A stretch of 64,000 bases of DNA from a virus, in the IMG/VR virus record IMGVR_UViG_3300030117_005808, positions 32,001 through 96,000 of that record; one strand, written 5' to 3'. Each line of letters opens with the position of its first letter. Within the stretch, counting starts at the first letter, position 1. Positions 57,488 to 64,000 of this stretch are shown here, in pieces. Under the pieces are notes generated by a model that was not told where the DNA came from, did not search any database, and was given only the letters and a program-made list of their open reading frames with translations. The position numbers and the translations under genes were made by a program.

Positions 57488-60469
57488 ATGCCATCAGACG
57501 CTAGAAAATTTAGATTCGTATCCCCCGGTATTTTCATTAATGAAATCGACCAGTCGCAGATCCCTGCACTCCCTGAAGCTGTAGGGCCTGTGATTATTGG
57601 CCGCGCAGAAAAAGGCCCCGGAATGACCCCAACAAAGGTCGGCTCATTTTCTGAATTTGTTGAAAGATTTGGAAACCCACTCTCTGGTATAGGCACGGAC
57701 GGTGATGTCTGGCGCTTAGGTAATGGTTACGCTGCTCCGTCATACGGTGCATACGCCGCACAAGCTTATCTCCGCGCTGGTGTTGGTCCTGTTACTTTTG
57801 TTCGTCTTATGGGCACGCAGTCTCCTGATGCTACCACTGCCGGCAAAGCAGGCTGGACCACAACTGCTACTAGTCCCACTAGTCTTGCATCCACCAACGG
57901 CGGCGCATATGGTCTCTTCTTGTTCGAGTCTGCTTCAGCAGGCGGTACAACGACTGCACCGGGCACACTTGCCGCTGTTTGGTATTTGAATAGTGGCGCG
58001 ATTGTCCTTTCTGGAAACGTTGCTGGCTCTACAGCGACAACTGGCGCAGCAGCAGTGGCAGTCAAAGCGGATTCCACTGGCAACTTCAAAGCGCAGATTT
58101 ATAGCACTGCCGGCGTCCCACTTACGGGCGCAGGAAAACTAGAGGACATTACCTTTAACCTTACTGAGGGTAGTCGCCACTTTATCCGTAATGTGTTCAA
58201 TACGAATCCCGAGAACGCCGGCGCAATGGCAGATACAACCACTTCCAAAAACTATTGGCTTGGACAAACGTTTGAAAGCTATGTTGCACGCGCTGGAACG
58301 GCTGGTGCATCCTTAGCAGGAGACGCTGCTTCGTTTGGCGCAATTCTTGCGATCGCGAACAGTTCAGACGACAACGGCCCACATGAGCAAAGAATCCCTT
58401 ACCGTGATGCACACTCTGGTTGGTTCTTTGCACAGTCTCTCAACGCCGACACCGCTTCATATACTCATGAAAATCAACAAAAACTTTTTAAGTTTGTTGG
58501 CATCAATGGTCACGGCGCATGGCTGCATAGAAACATTAAAATCTCTATCAATAACATCAAAGCACCAAGCAATGACAACGTGAAATATGGAACGTTCGAT
58601 GTTGAAATTCGTAAAGCACAAGACACCGACCTTGGTCCAGTAATTCTTGAAAGATTCTCTAACTGTAACTTGGACCCAAGAAGCGCCAACTTTATTGCTC
58701 GCAAGATTGGTGACATCTCCGTTGAGTTTGACAATGATGAAAAGAGATATAGAGAGTTTGGGGATTATGCCAACAATTCTGAATACGTTCGCGTCGTTCT
58801 ACATGAGAATGTTGGTGTTATCGATCCAAAGTTCTTGCCATTTGGTGTCTTTGGGCCGCCAAAGTATCCGGGCTGGACTTCTACTGCTGCTACCGCACCG
58901 ACCAACGGTAATGCAAGCACCAACGCATTTGCTCTTGGCTCTAATGAGATCCCATTCTCTGCTTGCACAACTGCGAACTTCTTAACTGGTGGCGCAGATT
59001 CTGTTCTTGGTGCTTATGGTACTGCTGATATTACATATCCTAATGTCCTGACCCGCTTAAGTTGCTCTAATGGTGGCGACGGCGCTAGCCCAACCACTAA
59101 TGCCTATTTTGGGCTGCAAACTACTAAGGCTAGAACTAGCACAGTGTTTGATAACGGGTATGTTGATTATCTTCGTCCTCTCGGAGCGGACGTTGTGAGT
59201 GACGCAGCTTGGGTAGATACTTTTGGAATCAGTGGCTACACTAGTCCGCTTATCCCACAGTTTAAGTTTACCCTTGATGAAGTGTTTGTTACTTACGATA
59301 CAAGCACCTACTCCTCAACGACCCCAACTCTCGGTATTCAAGACGCTGCATATATCTCTGGATCTTTTGCAAACGGCACCTCGTTTACCGCAACCAGTTC
59401 TGTTGGTGGTACAGCAAACTTTGAGAATATTCTTAATGCCAAGGTTAATCGTTTCACATCGCCTCTCTTCGGCGGCTTTGATGGTGTTGATATCACAGAG
59501 CGTGATCCGTTCCGCAATACTCTTATTGATGGCACCTCACCTACGGAAGAGACTAACTATGTGTTCTTCTCGCTCCGCAGAGCCATTAACACTATTGCAG
59601 ATGCAGAGGTCGTTGAGATGAATCTTGCTTCTCTCCCCGGTATTTGGCACGAAGAAACCACCAAGTATCTTATCGATACTTGTGAAGCTCGCGGAGATGC
59701 ATTGGCCGTCATCGACCTTAAGGGTGGCTTTACCCCAAGGCACGAAAGCACTGATTCCAAGTCTACTAGAAAGGGATCGTTAGGTAATGTCCTAACCAAC
59801 ATTAAGGCTCGTAATCTTAACTCCTCCTATGGCGCGGCTTACTACCCATGGGTGAAGGTCAGAGACGATCAAAGTGGCACCATTGTTAATATGCCTCCTT
59901 CGGTTGTTGCCCTTGGTGTTCTTGCCAACACAGAGAGAGCAGCAGATGTCTGGTTCGCGCCAGCAGGTTTCCGTAGAGGTGGCCTGTCACTTGGAGCGGC
60001 TGGTCTAACTGTTAGCGGCGTTGAAACCAAATTAACTTCGCGCAATAGAGATGATCTCTACGAGGTCAATGTTAACCCGATTGCTTCTTTCCCCGCAGAG
60101 GGCATCGTGGTCTTCGGACAGAAGACATTGCAAGCCACTCAGTCGGCACTTGACCGTATCAACGTGCGTCGTCTGTTGATCTTCCTCAAGAGAGGAATCT
60201 CCAGAATCTCCAGCACCACGCTGTTCCAGCCAAACGTGCAAGCTACTTGGAATAACTTCAAGTCTAGAGCAGATCAGTTCTTGGGCGATGTCCAAACTAG
60301 ATTCGGTCTCGATGACTTCCGGGTTGTTCTTGACGAAACCACCACTACTCCTGACTTAGTTGATCGTAACATCTTGTATGCTAAGATTTTTGTCAAGCCC
60401 ACAAGAGCCATTGAGTTCATTGCTATTGACTTCATTATTACAAGGTCAGGTGCGTCTTTCGACGACTAA
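57488..60469 (+). CDS. gp18: Tail sheath protein (gp18-like)
   Basis: FVSPGIFINEIDQS, YYPWVK, WFAPAGFRRG, FGQKTLQ, LDRINVRRLL, KPTRAIEFI. Confidence 0.96.
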   Translation: MPSDARKFRFVSPGIFINEIDQSQIPALPEAVGPVIIGRAEKGPGMTPTKVGSFSEFVERFGNPLSGIGTDGDVWRLGNGYAAPSYGAYAAQAYLRAGVGPVTFVRLMGTQSPDATTAGKAGWTTTATSPTSLASTNGGAYGLFLFESASAGGTTTAPGTLAAVWYLNSGAIVLSGNVAGSTATTGAAAVAVKADSTGNFKAQIYSTAGVPLTGAGKLEDITFNLTEGSRHFIRNVFNTNPENAGAMADTTTSKNYWLGQTFESYVARAGTAGASLAGDAASFGAILAIANSSDDNGPHEQRIPYRDAHSGWFFAQSLNADTASYTHENQQKLFKFVGINGHGAWLHRNIKISINNIKAPSNDNVKYGTFDVEIRKAQDTDLGPVILERFSNCNLDPRSANFIARKIGDISVEFDNDEKRYREFGDYANNSEYVRVVLHENVGVIDPKFLPFGVFGPPKYPGWTSTAATAPTNGNASTNAFALGSNEIPFSACTTANFLTGGADSVLGAYGTADITYPNVLTRLSCSNGGDGASPTTNAYFGLQTTKARTSTVFDNGYVDYLRPLGADVVSDAAWVDTFGISGYTSPLIPQFKFTLDEVFVTYDTSTYSSTTPTLGIQDAAYISGSFANGTSFTATSSVGGTANFENILNAKVNRFTSPLFGGFDGVDITERDPFRNTLIDGTSPTEETNYVFFSLRRAINTIADAEVVEMNLASLPGIWHEETTKYLIDTCEARGDALAVIDLKGGFTPRHESTDSKSTRKGSLGNVLTNIKARNLNSSYGAAYYPWVKVRDDQSGTIVNMPPSVVALGVLANTERAADVWFAPAGFRRGGLSLGAAGLTVSGVETKLTSRNRDDLYEVNVNPIASFPAEGIVVFGQKTLQATQSALDRINVRRLLIFLKRGISRISSTTLFQPNVQATWNNFKSRADQFLGDVQTRFGLDDFRVVLDETTTTPDLVDRNILYAKIFVKPTRAIEFIAIDFIITRSGASFDD

Positions 60470-60482
60470 AAAACATTTGAGT

Positions 60483-60490
60483 ACTATTTA
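60483..60490 (+). promoter_or_regulatory. Putative late promoter ACTATTTA
   Basis: Exact motif, intergenic before tube. Confidence 0.72.
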
Positions 60491-60514
60491 AAATAGATAG
60501 GGAGACACTACAAC

Positions 60515-61084
60515 ATGGCAAATAACTTCTGGACAAATGTCCCGGCTCAAGATCCAAAGAGAGGCTTTCGCTTCCGGGTTTTAATTCCCGGTATTGATTC
60601 TAACTTTCTTTGGTACGCTAAGACTGCCACGAAGCCACAGATTTCTTTTGGCGAAGCATCACACTCTTACTTGAACCACACCTACTATTGGCCCGGCCGA
60701 GCAGAGTGGAATGAGGTGGATGTTACCCTTGTTGATCCTGTCGAGCCAAATCTCGCCGGAAACATGTCAGCCCTGATCGTTGCTGCTGGTTATGAGATTC
60801 CCTCTGATTCCAATCAGTTTAGTACAATGTCGAAAGCTAGAGCCTCACAGCCGCTTGGAGTTGTTACAATCGAACAAATTGATGAGAGTGGAAACACTTT
60901 AGAGAAGTGGAACCTGAATAATGCTTGGGTGAAAGAACTCACTTGGGGAGAGCTTGATTACTCTAGTGATGATCTTACCGAGTGTACTATTAAGTTCCGA
61001 TATGATTGGGCATCCCTTACTTCCGCAGCCGATGGTCCACAAAACATCAGTGGCCCCTTCTTCGCAGGACCTACAACCAGTTAA
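60515..61084 (+). CDS. gp19: Tail tube protein (gp19-like)
   Basis: DPKRGFRFRV, WPGRAEWNEVDVTLVDP, EKWNLNNAW...GELDYSSD...FRYDW; follows sheath. Confidence 0.88.
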   Translation: MANNFWTNVPAQDPKRGFRFRVLIPGIDSNFLWYAKTATKPQISFGEASHSYLNHTYYWPGRAEWNEVDVTLVDPVEPNLAGNMSALIVAAGYEIPSDSNQFSTMSKARASQPLGVVTIEQIDESGNTLEKWNLNNAWVKELTWGELDYSSDDLTECTIKFRYDWASLTSAADGPQNISGPFFAGPTTS

Positions 61085-61097
61085 TAGAGGTGATTAA

Positions 61098-62042
61098 ATG
61101 GCTAGTGGTACAGATGGCAAGCCCGGTGAGAGGTTCGTTATACCCAGCCAAAGATTTCTGGAAACGGTCAATCGTATTGAAGGCGGGGGAACTTTTGACG
61201 CCTCTTCCATTCCAGACGCTGATTTTGAACAAGCTTTTGGTTTACCTAGTGATGAAGAACTTGTAGCTGACGCACTACTTAGTTCGGCTAAAGCCACTAC
61301 GAAAGCTAAGGATAAGGCACATTTTTGGACAACGCCATCGGTATTTTTGGACTTTGATCCTAAATCACAGTTTCGTTGGAGAGTCCGCATACCGGGCCTG
61401 AATTTAAAAGATACCTCTGCTAGCCCCGACGAGGTTGATGTTGTACGCCGCTCTATACTTGCTGATGCAAGTGGTGATACAGTATGGTATGCGAAAACAA
61501 TTGATAAACCAACTTATGCTGTGAAAAACATGGTTGACGGTAGATACCCTGTAGATGGTGTGTTGGCAACACCAAAGATAACCGCTACATCGCCAGAACT
61601 TAAGCCAGTAACAATGACATTGGTTGACCCTGTAAGTCCCGGCTCAACAAGAGCACTTGCTAGATATTTGCGTAACGCAGGGTTCCAAGAGAAAGCAAAA
61701 CCTGACAACGCTACGCGAGCCTATCTAGGGACCAACTATCCATCGGCTTTACCCGGAGGCCCAGAACCTACACACGGAGAGATGTATATAGAACAGCTAG
61801 ATGCGAGAGGCGTTATTCTTGAACGCTGGACACTTATCGATCCTTATCCGATTGAAGTGAACTTTGGAAAGCTTGATTACTCTAGTGATAATCTAGTAGA
61901 AATCTCCGTTACTTGGGGATACAGAACATTTAAGGTATTTTTCCCAGCTATTGGGGATGAGCCAGAAATGGAATACTTTGCAGAAATACCAGCCGCCAAT
62001 AGTTTGGGTGGTGGCGCCGCCGGCGGATTACCCGGCACATAA
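61098..62042 (+). CDS. Second tail-tube-family protein (tube paralogue / tube initiator)
   Basis: Collinear motifs with 60515..61084 (DPKSQFRWRV, WYAKT, TLVDP, ERWTL, GKLDYSSD) plus an N-terminal extension. Confidence 0.75.
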   Translation: MASGTDGKPGERFVIPSQRFLETVNRIEGGGTFDASSIPDADFEQAFGLPSDEELVADALLSSAKATTKAKDKAHFWTTPSVFLDFDPKSQFRWRVRIPGLNLKDTSASPDEVDVVRRSILADASGDTVWYAKTIDKPTYAVKNMVDGRYPVDGVLATPKITATSPELKPVTMTLVDPVSPGSTRALARYLRNAGFQEKAKPDNATRAYLGTNYPSALPGGPEPTHGEMYIEQLDARGVILERWTLIDPYPIEVNFGKLDYSSDNLVEISVTWGYRTFKVFFPAIGDEPEMEYFAEIPAANSLGGGAAGGLPGT

Positions 62043-62063
62043 TAATTTTAACCTAGAGAGGTA

Positions 62064-62909
62064 ATGATGAGAGACAATAATAAGCGGCTATCAGCCGGTG
62101 CAGATCCAGCACCTGCCGTAGCTGATGATGCAAAGCCGTCCTTGGACTTTGCTACACCAACAGAGTTGGTGGACTTGCCATCAAAAGGCAAGTTTTATTC
62201 TGAAGGGCATCCCCTTTATAATCAAGAAACAATCGAAATCAAGTATATGACAGCCAGAGATGAAGATATTCTAACATCTCCTTCGTTATTGAAGAAAGGT
62301 GTTGCCATTGATAGATTCCTACAAAATGTTATTCGTAATCAACGGATTAACGTCAATTCGTTGCTATCTGGTGATAAAAATGCTATTCTTGTTGCATCGC
62401 GCATCAATGGTTTCGGAGCAGACTATACAACTAAGGTAACATGTCCGAACTGCATGGCTGTAAACGAACATACTTTTGATTTGGATGCTGTTGAACAATA
62501 TTCTGGAGATGTACACGATGGGTACGATATTGTTGCAACCGATCGTGGAACCTTTCTTGTTAAACTTCCAAGAACCGAACTTGAAGTTGAAGTGAGGCTG
62601 CTAACCAGTAAAGATGAAAATGAACTCGCTGCAAAAATGCAAGCAAACAAAAAACGTTCTAATGTGGTAGAAACGAACCTAACAGATCAGCTTAAAAAAG
62701 TGATTGTATCTATTAATGGTGTTGATGATATGCAATCAATCCATAAGGTTGTTAACAATTTACCGGCTTATGATTCTCGATATCTGCGTGGTGCCTTTGT
62801 AAGGATCACGCCCGGTTTGGACATGACACAAGATTTTACTTGTGATTCCTGTGGTTTCGAGAAGGAGGTAGATATACCGTTAACGGTTGACTTTTTTTGG
62901 TCTAAATAA
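62064..62909 (+). CDS. Baseplate hub / tail assembly chaperone (T4 gp26-like)
   Basis: LPSKGKFY, MTARDEDILTS, CPNC and CDSC zinc pairs; ends FFWSK. Confidence 0.78.
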   Translation: MMRDNNKRLSAGADPAPAVADDAKPSLDFATPTELVDLPSKGKFYSEGHPLYNQETIEIKYMTARDEDILTSPSLLKKGVAIDRFLQNVIRNQRINVNSLLSGDKNAILVASRINGFGADYTTKVTCPNCMAVNEHTFDLDAVEQYSGDVHDGYDIVATDRGTFLVKLPRTELEVEVRLLTSKDENELAAKMQANKKRSNVVETNLTDQLKKVIVSINGVDDMQSIHKVVNNLPAYDSRYLRGAFVRITPGLDMTQDFTCDSCGFEKEVDIPLTVDFFWSK

Positions 62910-63099
62910 CGAGTATATCGCTTCGGTATATGAAGAGTTATTTCTTTTAAAATATCATGGCAACTGGTCATTTATGGAGGCATATAATCTTCCGATTACT
63001 ATTCGTAGATGGTTCCTTAAACGCCTCAGCGACCAGATAGAAAAAGAAAACAAACAAGTCGAAGAGGCTCAAAACAAATCTAAGTCCGGAAGGCGTTAA
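62887..63099 (+). CDS. Tail/hub chaperone C-terminal module (gp51-like), probably reached by frameshift
   Basis: LFLLKYHGNWSFMEAYNLPITIRRWFLKRL; overlaps the upstream gene in the +1 frame across a T7 run; no early ATG. Confidence 0.65.
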   Translation: MTFFGLNNEYIASVYEELFLLKYHGNWSFMEAYNLPITIRRWFLKRLSDQIEKENKQVEEAQNKSKSGRR

Positions 63100-63116
63100 T
63101 GTCTTCCGGTCTTTTT
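63086..63116 (+). terminator. Rho-independent terminator
   Basis: CCGGAAGGCG-TTAA-TGTCTTCCGG stem (two G-U pairs) followed by TCTTTTT. Confidence 0.75.
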
Positions 63117-63126
63117 GCTTCTCGAA

Positions 63127-63134
63127 ACTATTTA
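63127..63134 (+). promoter_or_regulatory. Putative late promoter ACTATTTA
   Basis: Exact motif right after the terminator, before GGGAG and ATG 63156. Confidence 0.72.
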
Positions 63135-63155
63135 CATACAGGGAGAATATAGGCT

Positions 63156-64000
63156 ATGGACGATATTAGTGAACAAATAGATCTGGTTTTAGAATCATCT
63201 TTAGAAGAGTTTGTTAGAGCCGGTTCTCTCAAGGGAGCATCGAAGGCCAAACAATATGACCCTGATGCTTTTCTAAGAGGAGGGCAGAAGAGATTTGGCT
63301 TCTTGCCAACAACGTACAAGTCTCGCGCCACAAAATCTTTAGCTCGTACCGCCGCCGGCCCTTTAGCCCGAACGGATCGTCTCGTAGCAGCCGACGCAGC
63401 AGTAGATGTTGAGCCTAGAGAACAGAGTCCAGAGAGGCTTGTCCCGACACCCATCCCCCCAAACCTTGAAAGAGATGGCGACAAGTGGAAGCCAAAAGAG
63501 GGATATATGTGGGCTATCCCTAGCAGTGACCCAGATTTTGAAGAGGCAGACGCGGAGGCATACTATGCAGTCGAGGAAATGCCAGAACTTGAACCATCAC
63601 CAGAACCCGAACCAGATCCAGCATCGGACACCGAAGATGATGATGACCTCTTACGCATGCTCGCAGACCTCATCGACGACGATGAAGATGAGGATACACC
63701 ATCCACCCCTAGCCCGTCATCAACTGCCACGCGCACATCCGGCGGTCTGGGTCCAGCGTTAGGCGGCGCCGCCCGAGCCATCCGAAACCGTTTCCGCCGC
63801 AACGAGAATGTTAACGAAAACCGCAAACCAGCCGATGACCTTGTTGAAATCGTGATTGATTTTGAAGAGCTAAAGAAACAAGAACTAAATGAAAGCTTTT
63901 TAGCTATGTTTGGTGGCTGGGTTGAACAGATATTGGGTTCTATATTCACAGGCCGTTCTTTACCGCTAGCTGTTAAAGGTAGCTCTAGAGATGTTAAGGC
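63156..64000 (+). CDS. Hypothetical protein, 3'-truncated, with acidic/Pro-rich linker
   Basis: MDDISEQIDLVLESSLEEF... is open to the window end (...ELNESFLAMFGGWVEQILGSIF...); absent from the ORF track because it has no stop in the window. Confidence 0.7.
   Translation, partial: MDDISEQIDLVLESSLEEFVRAGSLKGASKAKQYDPDAFLRGGQKRFGFLPTTYKSRATKSLARTAAGPLARTDRLVAADAAVDVEPREQSPERLVPTPIPPNLERDGDKWKPKEGYMWAIPSSDPDFEEADAEAYYAVEEMPELEPSPEPEPDPASDTEDDDDLLRMLADLIDDDEDEDTPSTPSPSSTATRTSGGLGPALGGAARAIRNRFRRNENVNENRKPADDLVEIVIDFEELKKQELNESFLAMFGGWVEQILGSIFTGRSLPLAVKGSSRDVK

Noticed and set aside
10531-62909. Bacterial contractile injection system (T6SS, eCIS, tailocin)
   Set aside because: Capsid, portal, terminase, protease and replication genes are present, so this is a complete phage module.
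450-63949. The many other short minus-strand and nested alternate-frame ORFs in the track
   Set aside because: Nearly all lie within well-supported + strand genes that tile the window; no independent signals.
1-64000. tRNA, rRNA, introns, inteins or homing endonucleases
   Set aside because: Intergenic gaps are too short and no cloverleaf was seen; terminase, primase and capsid genes are uninterrupted and of ordinary length.
1-64000. Stop-codon reassignment as seen in some large phages
   Set aside because: Genes are intact under the standard code, and TAA, TAG and TGA all end genes at sensible boundaries.

Overview
The whole window is a densely coded, single-strand (+) segment of a large T4-like (contractile-tailed) phage genome. 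It is not bacterial chromosome. Left to right it holds: a gp55-like late sigma factor; a ~33 kb baseplate region (OB-fold/M15 peptidase, spike-like protein, 2350-aa and 3185-aa giant proteins, gp25- and gp6-like wedge subunits, several paralogous proteins); RuvC-like resolvase and primase; an array of six small genes sharing an N-terminal MK(T/I)TxxxLxQIIxEE leader; a single-chain Mre11-Rad50 (gp47-gp46) fusion; a holin/spanin-like cassette; then terminase, portal, prohead protease, ribosomal protein bS21, scaffold, major capsid, neck, tail terminator, sheath, two tube paralogues and a tail chaperone pair. Two promoter classes can be read directly: consensus or near-consensus TTGACA/TATAAT promoters before the replication/recombination genes, and a recurring ACTATTTA motif before virion genes. 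The most interesting signals are the leader-tagged cargo array (candidate capsid-targeted, injected effectors), a strongly over-represented [ST][GA]S tripeptide in exposed virion proteins, and a probable +1 programmed frameshift in the tail chaperone. All product calls come from motif recognition by eye, and all counts are manual. No database search was run.
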